Below, piece by piece: positions 26,803-36,434 of a stretch of DNA of 64,000 bases. Below the pieces are notes generated by a model that saw nothing but the letters and a program-made list of their open reading frames with translations, did not search any database and was not told the DNA's origin. Positions within the stretch are counted from its first letter, which is position 1; each line of letters begins with the position of its first letter. Made by a program: the position numbers and the translations under genes. The DNA is from Escherichia phage A7_1. Where the stretch lies: the sequence record OP795442; one strand, given 5' to 3'.

Positions 26803-27128
26803 TTTTTAACTCCGAAGATCTTAGATAGTAATTTATCATTCCCGATAGTTACACCACAAAAACTTTTTACTCCGTATACTAGATACGACCCGATTGTAAC
26901 ACAGATAATGATCGGATAAACAAGATACCAAAAGAATGTTGCAAGTATCCACCCTGCCATCACCATACGTAAATTTACATTTTCGTTATTCAGTGGCTCC
27001 AGGATATAAATATCCTCACAATCTTTTGGGAAGGGGATGTTAAAACCCTTCTGTCGTAATTTGATCAGTAAGAACCAAAGCGGGCAACTGATAAAACAAC
27101 CGATCAAATAACCTTCAACCATTTTCAC
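26799..27128 (-). CDS. hypothetical membrane protein (109 aa), tandem paralog B
   Basis: FLLIKLRQKGF motif shared with neighbour. Confidence 0.5.
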   Translation of the reverse strand: MKMVEGYLIGCFISCPLWFLLIKLRQKGFNIPFPKDCEDIYILEPLNNENVNLRMVMAGWILATFFWYLVYPIIICVTIGSYLVYGVKSFCGVTIGNDKLLSKIFGVKK

Positions 27129-28413
27129 TCTCCTTCAATTTGTCAAGATATTGTGTAACGTATCTTACTTTTACATTTCGGATTCTATTCTTGATCTCTT
27201 CTGGACGTCCAGCAAATCTTTCAGAGATCTCTTTACTTTCTTTTGAGATTGCAACGCTGTTTTGAACAATCCCCGCCAGTGCTGAGAATAATACCAAAGG
27301 TTGAGTGTAGCTGTCAAACATTTTTTCAGGACCCCGACCACGAGCATCACAGATGCAAGCATCAATAAATTCAGAGAGGAATGCTTGGTCCTTTTCACCA
27401 CGTAAGGCTACTAACAAGTCATAAACTTTCTTTGGCTTCATTTCTTTGATACGGTGAAGTCGTGTATGATGCTCAGTTACAGCTAAAGCCAACTTCTTCC
27501 AATTATTGGGGACACCAAAGCGATCACAAACTTGTTCAGTTAACTTGATACCATGTTCTTCGTGACCGTGCAGTTTACCCGTTACCCAATAAATACATTT
27601 ACCTAAGTCGTGACACAGAACTGCCCACTTCACAGCTTCACTTGCACGAGTCGCCTGGGCATAATCCATGCAAAGTAAAGTGTGAACAAATGCATCACCT
27701 TCAGGATGGTGCTCCTTGGGTTGAACAACATCGTATAAATCCACAAGCTCAGGAAATTCCCCCAGTTGAGTCAACATACGGATCATTACCGAAGGTTTAT
27801 TCATTTCTGACTGATCACTAAAGCATTTCTTAATCTCTGCAAATTTACGCTCTTTTGGTAATGCACTTAAATCAACATCCTTGCACATTCCCCAAGTGTC
27901 AGGATCAATTGTAAACTCGCCTCCGTATCTGGCATGTAATCTGGCTAATCGATATACACGTAAAGGGTCTTCGATAAATGCCTTAATAGATACACAACGT
28001 AACCGACGAAGTTCAATATCAAGTGCACCACCGCAAGGGTCAATAATTTCACCCGTAGAAATATCCTTAGCGATCGCATTAATGGTCAAATCTCTTCGCA
28101 TCAGGTCTTGTTCGATTGTAACGTCTGGAGAGAACACAACTTCGAAGTCGTGATAACCAGGACCTGTTGATCTTTCTGTCCGAGCAAGAGCATACTCTTC
28201 CTTTGTCTCGGGGTGAAGGTACACAGGGAAAGCTGCACCAACCTTAGTAAATCCCTTCTCAATCATTTCTTCATGGGTCGCTCCAACTACAACGTAGTCA
28301 CGATCCTTGCTTTCAACACTCATTAGTTCATCGCGAACTGCACCACCTACCAAGTAAACTTTCATTCCTTCTTCTTCCATTCTTTCCAATTCTGCATGCC
28401 CGCTCATAGCCAT
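27115..28413 (-). CDS. cca: tRNA nucleotidyltransferase (CCA-adding enzyme) with HD domain
   Basis: LVGGAVRDELM and DRD head motifs; HHPEGD and LCHDLGK HD-domain motifs. Confidence 0.8.
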   Translation of the reverse strand: MAMSGHAELERMEEEGMKVYLVGGAVRDELMSVESKDRDYVVVGATHEEMIEKGFTKVGAAFPVYLHPETKEEYALARTERSTGPGYHDFEVVFSPDVTIEQDLMRRDLTINAIAKDISTGEIIDPCGGALDIELRRLRCVSIKAFIEDPLRVYRLARLHARYGGEFTIDPDTWGMCKDVDLSALPKERKFAEIKKCFSDQSEMNKPSVMIRMLTQLGEFPELVDLYDVVQPKEHHPEGDAFVHTLLCMDYAQATRASEAVKWAVLCHDLGKCIYWVTGKLHGHEEHGIKLTEQVCDRFGVPNNWKKLALAVTEHHTRLHRIKEMKPKKVYDLLVALRGEKDQAFLSEFIDACICDARGRGPEKMFDSYTQPLVLFSALAGIVQNSVAISKESKEISERFAGRPEEIKNRIRNVKVRYVTQYLDKLKESENG

Positions 28414-28598
28414 CCCCTTTCTTTATACCCTTTTGTAAATCCTGATTCCCAATCTTGAAATTGCTCCGGCATGGTGTTTGGATTATACGGGTTGTTTCTC
28501 TTGAACATCCCAAACTTGAATCCAGCGGCTCGGCCCTTCTCGTATGCTGAACTGCTTTTTCTTGTCATACTCTTTCTCCTCTTAAATTTAAAGACCAA
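28404..28598 (-). CDS. hypothetical basic protein (64 aa)
   Basis: Track ORF; start uncertain. Confidence 0.3.
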   Translation of the reverse strand: MVFKFKRRKSMTRKSSSAYEKGRAAGFKFGMFKRNNPYNPNTMPEQFQDWESGFTKGYKERGWL

Positions 28599-28894
28599 TC
28601 TTTTATTTCTTCTTTCCAGTTTGTATTTCTCTTAATGTCTTGCTTTTGACCGCGAAGATAGTTAATGATCTCAAGCGGGTCTTGCTTAACAAAAGAAATA
28701 TTGTCGATCGGGCACTCAACTAACTTAAGCATCCTTTCAAAACGATTATACTCATCTTCCGACTTTGGTGCAACAGGAATAACATCATAATCTTCAAGAT
28801 TATCGAGAGTTTCAAGAGTCACCTTCATCTCGTAGCCTTCTAATTTCTTTGTCTTAATACCAAATACTCTTCGAAAGTAAATGTAATATTTCAT
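28565..28894 (-). CDS. hypothetical protein (109 aa)
   Basis: Track ORF. Confidence 0.4.
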   Translation of the reverse strand: MKYYIYFRRVFGIKTKKLEGYEMKVTLETLDNLEDYDVIPVAPKSEDEYNRFERMLKLVECPIDNISFVKQDPLEIINYLRGQKQDIKRNTNWKEEIKDWSLNLRGERV

Positions 28895-28944
28895 CGTATT
28901 CTCCTAGTTGATGACTATCATTATACACATCCCCGAATTCAAGT

Positions 28945-28973
28945 CAACAAAAAAGGCCACCCGAAGGTGACCT
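28945..28973 (-). terminator. intrinsic terminator
   Basis: Hairpin with GAA loop followed by T-run on minus strand. Confidence 0.5.
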
Positions 28974-28979
28974 TTAAAT

Positions 28980-29489
28980 TTAAGGGTGAATCCAGTAAAA
29001 AGGTTTTGTTAAACCAAGCTTACCTTTCGGGTCCCAAATGAAGTAGGCATACGCCGCACCATCTGTTTTCCCATCCTCAGTAAAAGAGGGTCGCTTGGAT
29101 AGAGTAACCAAATGATCAACAGGATATTCCTTCCAGAACTCCACACGTTTGGTACTCTCAAGGAAACCTAAACGAAGCAGCATTATCACCACATCAGCAT
29201 CCTTGTGAGCCTTCTCTACAAACTCTTGAGCTAAATTATAAGGTGGGTTAGTTAACACACAATCTACCTTATTGTATTTAGTTGCAAGATAATCAACACC
29301 TTCTTGAATCTCTCCCCAAGCTGAACCAATTGGCATTTCATTATAAAAACGTCCAGAGGCTCTGCAAGGTTCCAGATAAGTCCAATCCTGACGGATTGGA
29401 ACTAAATTCAAGAAAGCATCTACTGCCCATTTCGGAGTTTCATAGCGATCATTTTCACGGCGTTCTGCTTTAGGTTTCAATGCTGCCAC
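28980..29489 (-). CDS. small DNA N6-adenine methyltransferase (Dam-like)
   Basis: NPPY catalytic motif (TNPPYN). Confidence 0.65.
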   Translation of the reverse strand: MAALKPKAERRENDRYETPKWAVDAFLNLVPIRQDWTYLEPCRASGRFYNEMPIGSAWGEIQEGVDYLATKYNKVDCVLTNPPYNLAQEFVEKAHKDADVVIMLLRLGFLESTKRVEFWKEYPVDHLVTLSKRPSFTEDGKTDGAAYAYFIWDPKGKLGLTKPFYWIHP

Positions 29490-29491
29490 TC

Positions 29492-30337
29492 TTATTTGCC
29501 CCCTTCTTTTGCCGCAGTGATGATCTGCTCAATCAATTCATCACGATAATAAACATACTGTTCAACACCGAAACATTCTGCAATCTCGTCTAACTCTTCG
29601 AGGTTGTATTCGTCAAAGTCTCGCGGGTTAAGAGTGAAGATGTTGAATTTTTTGGCGTAGCCTTCGTCAAGGACGATTTCAAATTCTCCTTCTCCGATTT
29701 CCTTCTCATCATCAACATTACTCGATTCGATTGGCTCTTCAACCTTAATCCCCCCTGTATTTTGTTGATCGGCTTCCATTTGCTTTTTAATTGCTTCATC
29801 TTCAGCGGTCAGACGGGCTTGCATCTGAGAGGAAGTAAAGTAAATTTCGCCAGCACGATCAAACAGTTCAACGAGTTCATCTTCTGTCATAACACCCTTG
29901 TACAGATCGTAGTATTTCTCTTTGAACAGGTCTTTGTAGAAATCGCTACGTTTAAATACCAGTGCCGAGTCACCGCCCATACTCATCTGAACGTTGTGGA
30001 ACATATAATGAGAACCTGGACGACAAATTCGAACATGACCGGATAAGAAGATCATTGTTGCAGCACTTGCCACTTCACCAATACCGTGTGTTACAACAGT
30101 CGCCTTTGTTTCAGAGATCGCTGTCATGTACATATCGGCGATATCACAATAACCACCACAAGAAGTAATGTATAGATTTACAATATCACCTTCGGGCGCT
30201 GAACGAATCAGGTCAACAGCCTCGATATGTGCTTCAGGTGAATTGTGCAGGTCCGTAACATAAATACGCCAATCGTTAGAAGTTACTGGAGACACCCAAA
30301 TGTTTTTTGCCGGACCATTCATTACGATTTCTTCCAT
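29492..30337 (-). CDS. ClpP-like serine protease (S14-type) with acidic C-terminal extension
   Basis: Resembles ClpP around catalytic Ser (GEVASAATMIF) and His (HYMFHN), from memory. Confidence 0.5.
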   Translation of the reverse strand: MEEIVMNGPAKNIWVSPVTSNDWRIYVTDLHNSPEAHIEAVDLIRSAPEGDIVNLYITSCGGYCDIADMYMTAISETKATVVTHGIGEVASAATMIFLSGHVRICRPGSHYMFHNVQMSMGGDSALVFKRSDFYKDLFKEKYYDLYKGVMTEDELVELFDRAGEIYFTSSQMQARLTAEDEAIKKQMEADQQNTGGIKVEEPIESSNVDDEKEIGEGEFEIVLDEGYAKKFNIFTLNPRDFDEYNLEELDEIAECFGVEQYVYYRDELIEQIITAAKEGGK

Positions 30338-30348
30338 ATTAATTCCCC

Positions 30349-30819
30349 TTAGCTAATTAAAGTACGGATGCGGGTAGCGTTTTGCAGAACCCAGTCTACT
30401 ACGACAGAATGATCAGAGTCAACAATTACTTCATGATGACGTTTGAACATATCAAGAATCTTTGCTGCTTCGGCAGTGTAAAGTGCCGCACGATCTAAAA
30501 AGATAATCTGCTCTTTAAGTTCTTCCGTGATTGGACATAACTTACTTGGGACCTCAATGGCTGATAAATGCTCTATCAACTCCGCTCTGGTAGAGAACAT
30601 AATATCAACTTCCTGATCGATACTAAGAGAGCCTAAGAATAAGCGAGAAAACCATCCACGATACTCATCGTTGTTTTTACGCAAAGTCTTAATTCCAAAT
30701 CTTAACTCTTCGAACAGGGCTGTTGCAATTTCTTCAATACGATCAGGAACAATAGCCCCACAATTTTTCAATTCCATCAGTTTACGATGATCAACTGTTG
30801 CGTACATACCCTTATCCAT
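30349..30819 (-). CDS. hypothetical protein (156 aa)
   Basis: Track ORF. Confidence 0.5.
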   Translation of the reverse strand: MDKGMYATVDHRKLMELKNCGAIVPDRIEEIATALFEELRFGIKTLRKNNDEYRGWFSRLFLGSLSIDQEVDIMFSTRAELIEHLSAIEVPSKLCPITEELKEQIIFLDRAALYTAEAAKILDMFKRHHEVIVDSDHSVVVDWVLQNATRIRTLIS

Positions 30820-30827
30820 ATCACCCC

Positions 30828-31145
30828 TTAAATTCCGATTAAATATTTAAACTTCCCGTCGTTCTCTGCGATCTTGTGGATTACATAGAACCAATTTTCA
30901 ATTCCGTCTTCATCTTCCTCTTTCACACGATCACCAGTTTTCAACTCAACCTCGGAAACGTACTCCTTACTTTCAAGGAAATACTTCCACTGAACCATGT
31001 CTTTAAAATTACAGATTAGTTTATTTTTGCCATCAGTCGTCCAAAGGTCCTGATTGACCCACATACCAACAACGAAATTCTTTTCTTTCTTAGGACGACC
31101 AAGTGCATAAGTGTTGTTTAACATCTTTGCTTTATCTAAGACCAC
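30828..31145 (-). CDS. hypothetical protein (105 aa)
   Basis: Track ORF. Confidence 0.5.
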   Translation of the reverse strand: MVLDKAKMLNNTYALGRPKKEKNFVVGMWVNQDLWTTDGKNKLICNFKDMVQWKYFLESKEYVSEVELKTGDRVKEEDEDGIENWFYVIHKIAENDGKFKYLIGI

Positions 31146-31863
31146 GTTTTGACTCCAAGTTAACTAAGAAACTCTCAAGCACTGCGATGTTGTCTTCTTT
31201 CCAAAGATTAAGTGTTCTTACACCATTCTTCTTTGCCAGATTGACTGCTGTTGCAGTGCCGCCTTTAGGATTACCCGTCTTTGTTTCCTTTGCGTAGTAT
31301 ATCACAAATTTACTTTGCATCAAGTAGGCATTTGAAAGATTTTTACCAAAAATTTGGTGTACGTTTCTTTCGTGTAATTTCCTTGCCCCTTGACTCAACT
31401 TGTCCCATCCACCATGAACTTCCTTTATCCATTCCCATCGCATTTCTGTATGTTCTGGAAATTCTTTATCAATCGTGTTCAGGGAGATATTATACAGATC
31501 TTTAAGTCCTTGTCCACCTTTAAAGTTGTCCCAAGGAACATATATCTCTGCAAGTTTGCTCGGTGATTGAGTCATATTGCAATCTTCATGAAACTTCTGC
31601 ATACCTCTTTGGAAAGCTGCATCTGCACCATCTGCACCGCCAGATCGTAATGTATATCCGACCCTTGCTAATCTCCAACCCGCATCTTCCATAATTTTTA
31701 ATACTTCTTCAGGGGCCTCCCTTGAACCTATTCCTGTATAAGCTGGCACTTTAACCTCCTTCATCTTCAGTTGACCAGTACCCATTAACTTTTTTCCAAA
31801 GTCTTTGGTTATCTGATCCCCTGAATCTTTTAGTTGTAGGTTTGTTTTCATCATACTTGCCAT
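31132..31863 (-). CDS. DprA/SLOG-like Rossmann-fold protein (243 aa)
   Basis: GIGSR...RSGGADGADAAFQRG...GGTATAVNLAKKNG pattern. Confidence 0.4.
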   Translation of the reverse strand: MASMMKTNLQLKDSGDQITKDFGKKLMGTGQLKMKEVKVPAYTGIGSREAPEEVLKIMEDAGWRLARVGYTLRSGGADGADAAFQRGMQKFHEDCNMTQSPSKLAEIYVPWDNFKGGQGLKDLYNISLNTIDKEFPEHTEMRWEWIKEVHGGWDKLSQGARKLHERNVHQIFGKNLSNAYLMQSKFVIYYAKETKTGNPKGGTATAVNLAKKNGVRTLNLWKEDNIAVLESFLVNLESKRGLR

Positions 31864-32233
31864 CCATGATTAAGTCAACGTATTTCTTTATTTCCTCATC
31901 TAAGTCTTGAAAAAGATACCCTGTCCACACCATGATATCTTTACTCTCACCAAAGCACGACTTTACTTCCTTGATAATTCTTTTTACAACATCAATATTC
32001 TCATGGTCAAGAGGTTCTCCACCCATAATTGACAATCCACTGATAAAATTTCGAGAAAGATCTTTTTTCAAACTCTCCATATCTTCATCTGTGAATTCTT
32101 TCCCATACCTATATGACCAAGCCTTTTGGTTAAAACAACCCTTACACTTATGACTGCATCCACTAACCCAGAGAGAGGTTCTTACCCCCTCTCCATTGAT
32201 GAAGTCTGTGCTTTCATATCCGCAAATGTTCAA
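31751..32233 (-). CDS. nrdG: anaerobic ribonucleotide reductase activating protein (radical SAM)
   Basis: CSHKCKGC cysteine cluster; directly downstream of nrdD. Confidence 0.7.
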   Translation of the reverse strand: MNICGYESTDFINGEGVRTSLWVSGCSHKCKGCFNQKAWSYRYGKEFTDEDMESLKKDLSRNFISGLSIMGGEPLDHENIDVVKRIIKEVKSCFGESKDIMVWTGYLFQDLDEEIKKYVDLIMDGKYDENKPTTKRFRGSDNQRLWKKVNGYWSTEDEGG

Positions 32234-34308
32234 ACGTGTTTTTCCCTTTGTAAGACCTCCTGCATCTTACCTTTGTTATAAGGTCTTGCATTTGGTGCAG
32301 ATAAATAACCAGAAACCCTTCGGATTACTGAAATTGTTCCCTCTTCTTTGTTCCCGCAACAAGGGCATTCAAAACCTTTTGCTGTTGCATGAAACTCACC
32401 ACTAAAGTTACACTTAAAGCACTGGTCCACAGGTTGATTGACACCAAAGTAAGGTATCGTATCATAACCATAGTCGATCAATGTTTCAAGCGCCTTAATG
32501 TTATTTTTCAAGTTTGGCGTTTCAACGTACCCGATATTACCACCAGAACTTATTGTTGCAAAACCTGACTCGTACTTCCATTTGCTGAAAGGATCTGAAT
32601 GTTCCCAAACAGGTGCATGAAAGGAGTTTGTAAGGTAATCCCGATCAAGCACCTCTGGATATTTTTCCTTAAGCTTAGTAGCGAAACGATAACATAAACT
32701 CTCAGCAGGTGTTCCGTAGAGGCTAAAGGAAATACGTGAGCGCTCTTTAAATTCATCACATTTTATTTTCATGTGATTGAGGATCATTACCGCCAAACCC
32801 TTATCCTTTTTCCCAACAATAATCTCAACAGTTTCAGATAATCCCACATACCCGACACTGATTGAGGCATACCCATCATAGAATAACTTACCTATCTTTT
32901 CGTTAGCTCCCAGTCTTGCCAAAGCTCCTTCCATAAAAAGCGTGGGGTTTTGAGAAGCTTTTACATTTTTAAGTCGGTTGACACGAACCATATGCGATTC
33001 ATATGCGTTTTCCATGTGCTGGTCAAGAAGTGCATAAAAATCACCACCTTTTGCTTTGTACTCTGCTGCAATCAGCGGTAAATTTATAGAGACAACACCT
33101 AAATTGAATCGACCATCATACTTCTCTCCATGTTCTGTCGTAAATTTGGAAAGGAAGCTCCTACAACCCATACTTGTAACTTTCCCATCTGAAGATCCAG
33201 TAACCTCTTTATTTAATGGCACAGAGATGAAGTCAGGATAGATCCTTTCAACACAGCACTGCATTGCCATTTGTTTAAGGTTATAATTAACATCACCAGG
33301 TTTCAGGTTTACACCATCTTGCAAAAAGAAGACAACCTTCGGAAAAACTGGAGTTACCTTATCCTTGCCAAGCCCCTCAGTATGGACCTTTAGATAGTTT
33401 TTGGTAATCATTCTACCAAACTCTGAAGTTTCAAGACCCATACTGATCGTAATGAAAGGCGATTGACCGTTAACACTCATTAAAGTATTAACCTGATAAA
33501 CCAGTGTCTGCATTGCATCATATACATCACGATCTGTCATTTCCATTGCTAAAGATTCATTAGGTTTTCCGATCTTTTCTAAAAACTCAATATTCTTTTT
33601 GTGGCTCATCTCAACATATGTTTTCAAACCCTCATCGATATGAGCACATGTTTGTCCTCCGTATTGACTGGATGCCACAGCCTGAATGATTTGAGTCAGA
33701 ACTGTTGTTGCAACACCAATCGACTTAGGTTTTTCGATCTTCGCATTTCCAATCTTAAAACCATTTTCAAGCATGTCCCGATAGTTAACAAGACAACAGT
33801 TAGTTAATGGACTAACCAAATAATCCAAGTCGTGAATGTGACCATAACCTTCATTGTGCCAAGCAGCGAGGTCTTTTGGCAAGATCTGGTTAATACTGAC
33901 ATGCTTGCTTAAAATACCTGCCAGCAAGTCCCGATGAGTATTTACCAAATTGCTAGGTTTGTTTGCATTCTCACGAGTAAATTCTTCAGCCGTCTGATCC
34001 AAAAATCCGCTAATATCTGAATAAAGTTTACCTTTGCCTTCACGAACTGAATCCCGATCATGACGGTATTCAATATAGCATCTGGCAGCATCTTGAAGAT
34101 TTTTCTGACTCATTAAGGTATTCTCAACAACCTTATGAATCTCTTCTACAGATATACGATCTTTATCTTCAATCTGACTAACGACTTCAGTAATGAGTTT
34201 ATCAACATCGGCTTTAGTGCCTGCGGATAAAAGAGCGCCCCGAAGGGCTGCTCCGATCTTATCCGTGCACAAGGTTTCTTCACGCCCGTCACGTTTTGCA
34301 ATAATCAA
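32230..34308 (-). CDS. nrdD: anaerobic ribonucleoside-triphosphate reductase
   Basis: C-terminal glycyl-radical motif RVSGYL and CPCCG zinc site; 692 aa. Confidence 0.85.
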   Translation of the reverse strand: MIIAKRDGREETLCTDKIGAALRGALLSAGTKADVDKLITEVVSQIEDKDRISVEEIHKVVENTLMSQKNLQDAARCYIEYRHDRDSVREGKGKLYSDISGFLDQTAEEFTRENANKPSNLVNTHRDLLAGILSKHVSINQILPKDLAAWHNEGYGHIHDLDYLVSPLTNCCLVNYRDMLENGFKIGNAKIEKPKSIGVATTVLTQIIQAVASSQYGGQTCAHIDEGLKTYVEMSHKKNIEFLEKIGKPNESLAMEMTDRDVYDAMQTLVYQVNTLMSVNGQSPFITISMGLETSEFGRMITKNYLKVHTEGLGKDKVTPVFPKVVFFLQDGVNLKPGDVNYNLKQMAMQCCVERIYPDFISVPLNKEVTGSSDGKVTSMGCRSFLSKFTTEHGEKYDGRFNLGVVSINLPLIAAEYKAKGGDFYALLDQHMENAYESHMVRVNRLKNVKASQNPTLFMEGALARLGANEKIGKLFYDGYASISVGYVGLSETVEIIVGKKDKGLAVMILNHMKIKCDEFKERSRISFSLYGTPAESLCYRFATKLKEKYPEVLDRDYLTNSFHAPVWEHSDPFSKWKYESGFATISSGGNIGYVETPNLKNNIKALETLIDYGYDTIPYFGVNQPVDQCFKCNFSGEFHATAKGFECPCCGNKEEGTISVIRRVSGYLSAPNARPYNKGKMQEVLQREKHV

Positions 34309-34310
34309 CC

Positions 34311-35057
34311 TTAATTACCCCCTTTAAGATCCTTTTCACGAGCCTTGACAACTGCCTTACAGAATGGACTACGAACGATTTCTTCACTAGTCGCTTCAAC
34401 ATAATCGGCAAAGTCGTAAAGTTCATGACGATCAATGAATTCGATTGCCCATTCTAATCCAGTTTCACGATTACGCATATCGTTCTGTGTGATATCGCCT
34501 AAGCAGAACAGCTTAGAACTTTCACCTTTACGAGTCATGATCGTGTAAGCCGTATCTTCATCTGTGTTCTGAAACTCATCGACAATAACAACCGCATTAT
34601 CGAAAGAACGTCCACGGATATATTCCAGAGGAACAAATTCAATGTTACCACAACCCAACTGAGTTTCAAAGAAACCGTGACCGTAGCGTTGCTGAATAAC
34701 CTGAATAAGTGCCTGAAGGAAAGGCTCGAATTTCTCACGGATAGTCCCAGGTAGTAACCCGAGGCTGTTCCCCATTCCCAATGTTGGTCGAGTAAGGACG
34801 ATCTTTTCAATCTTACCTTGCTTCAGCCAATCAATAACGGTACTCATAATGACAAATGTCTTACCTGTACCCGCCGGAGCGTTAACGAAAACAACTTCCT
34901 TCTCGTTAACCAGAGATAACAATTCCTTTTGGAATCGGTTCTTTGGAGTAATAGGTTTTTTCAACTCTTCATAGGCTTTAGGTGTTACCTGACGGCCTTT
35001 TGAACGCTTCTCTTCACGACGATCCTGACGAGATTTACGATTAGTATGACGTTGCAT
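34311..35057 (-). CDS. phoH: PhoH-like ATPase
   Basis: Walker A GTGKT; LTRP, EFVPLEYIRGRSF and DEFQN motifs. Confidence 0.8.
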   Translation of the reverse strand: MQRHTNRKSRQDRREEKRSKGRQVTPKAYEELKKPITPKNRFQKELLSLVNEKEVVFVNAPAGTGKTFVIMSTVIDWLKQGKIEKIVLTRPTLGMGNSLGLLPGTIREKFEPFLQALIQVIQQRYGHGFFETQLGCGNIEFVPLEYIRGRSFDNAVVIVDEFQNTDEDTAYTIMTRKGESSKLFCLGDITQNDMRNRETGLEWAIEFIDRHELYDFADYVEATSEEIVRSPFCKAVVKAREKDLKGGN

Positions 35058-35072
35058 AGAGTACCTCGCTTC

Positions 35073-35456
35073 TTAAGGGTAGAGTTTATGAGGGAGTTGG
35101 AAATGAGGACCATCTTTAAATGAAGTCCAATCACCGCCCCACTCAATCGGGATGTTTAATTCTTTTGCTGCATCCTTAACAGCTTCTGCCATCGGGTAAT
35201 AATATTTCCAGTCCCAAGTAACCGATCCGTTAACCAAAGGCCACAAATCTACAGCATGTCCGGTCAGATGACGACTATTCATCGTTTTACTCTTACCTTC
35301 TGCAACATACTTACGTTGGGTTTCTATTGTACGTAGACCTTCACCAACAGTAAAGTCAATCGCACTCTTTTTGATTGCCAGTTTCACAACTTCAACCAAG
35401 TCGGGATGAACGCCCTTAAGACGTTCAATACTCCGTTTACCTAATACAAATCCCAT
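35073..35456 (-). CDS. L-alanyl-D-glutamate peptidase (M15 endolysin)
   Basis: SRHLTGHAVDL and GPHFQL zinc-site motifs; resembles T5 endolysin from memory. Confidence 0.75.
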   Translation of the reverse strand: MGFVLGKRSIERLKGVHPDLVEVVKLAIKKSAIDFTVGEGLRTIETQRKYVAEGKSKTMNSRHLTGHAVDLWPLVNGSVTWDWKYYYPMAEAVKDAAKELNIPIEWGGDWTSFKDGPHFQLPHKLYP

Positions 35457-35464
35457 TAAGTCTC

Positions 35465-35875
35465 CTAGTGAGTAACTTCAGTTTTTACATACCCCAAGAT
35501 CAAATCATCTTGGATCTCTTTCATCGCCACAGACATTTTCAACTGAACTTCAGCGATAGCTTCTGAATATTCAATTTCGTCTAGAAAGCGTTGAAGATGT
35601 TCAGTGGATAACGAATCCATATTTTCCACGATCGCATTCTGCATTACCTTTTCGTAATTTTCAGAAGTCATCGCTTCAACGATCTTCTGTTGATTTCGGA
35701 CCTTAATGATATCTTCTTCTGTCTTATCTTCAATACCTTTCAGGAAGTCCAGCGTCATCACTGCCACTTCAAGATTTGCGTCAATCGCCTTGCCAACAAC
35801 GTACTTTGCAATTTTATGAAGCAGACGCTCACGATCAGTCAGTTCTTTTTCAATTTTATCAACGGTATTAGTCAT
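35465..35875 (-). CDS. hypothetical coiled-coil protein (136 aa)
   Basis: Track ORF, charged helical composition. Confidence 0.5.
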   Translation of the reverse strand: MTNTVDKIEKELTDRERLLHKIAKYVVGKAIDANLEVAVMTLDFLKGIEDKTEEDIIKVRNQQKIVEAMTSENYEKVMQNAIVENMDSLSTEHLQRFLDEIEYSEAIAEVQLKMSVAMKEIQDDLILGYVKTEVTH

Positions 35876-36168
35876 TACAGATCTCCCAGGTCATCGTTAT
35901 TGAAGTCAAGTTCTACTTTGCTCGGCAAATTCTTTGCTACCAGTTCAGTGTAGCCTCCAACGTACTCGCTGTCAATAAAAATCTGAGGAACTGTACGTGG
36001 AACATAACCAACAGCATCGCTTACCTTTTTAACCATCTCTTGCAGATTGCCAGAGTTTGCACCCACGTCAATATACTCATACTCATAACCTTTCTGATCA
36101 AGGAGGGTTTTTGCATTGTCACAGAACGGGCAGTTTACTTTACCAAAAATCACATTACTCATTATCAA
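35875..36168 (-). CDS. nrdC: glutaredoxin-like protein (NrdC-like)
   Basis: CPFCDNAK active site; resembles T4 NrdC from memory. Confidence 0.7.
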   Translation of the reverse strand: MIMSNVIFGKVNCPFCDNAKTLLDQKGYEYEYIDVGANSGNLQEMVKKVSDAVGYVPRTVPQIFIDSEYVGGYTELVAKNLPSKVELDFNNDDLGDL

Positions 36169-36199
36169 TCTCCCTTATACAGAAAACAAAACTATTTAA

Positions 36200-36427
36200 T
36201 CATGCTTCTTTGAACGTTGCAAGCACTGTTGATTCAATTTCGTAATAATTTTCACGAACTTTAATATCTTCATTCAATGCCCAAGGTACACCAAGATCAG
36301 TGCTCACATATTGGAGATCATCTGATCCCTCATAAACAGAATTCTGTTCAAACACAAAACCTTCCACTGCAAAAGTACAAATCAGCTTTTTCACTTTTAT
36401 AATCTCCAGGTTAAGGGCCTTTCGGCC
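36200..36427 (-). CDS. hypothetical protein (about 75 aa)
   Basis: Internal ATG chosen to avoid overlap with nrdB. Confidence 0.4.
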   Translation of the reverse strand, partial: GRKALNLEIIKVKKLICTFAVEGFVFEQNSVYEGSDDLQYVSTDLGVPWALNEDIKVRENYYEIESTVLATFKEA

Positions 36428-36434
36428 CATTTTA

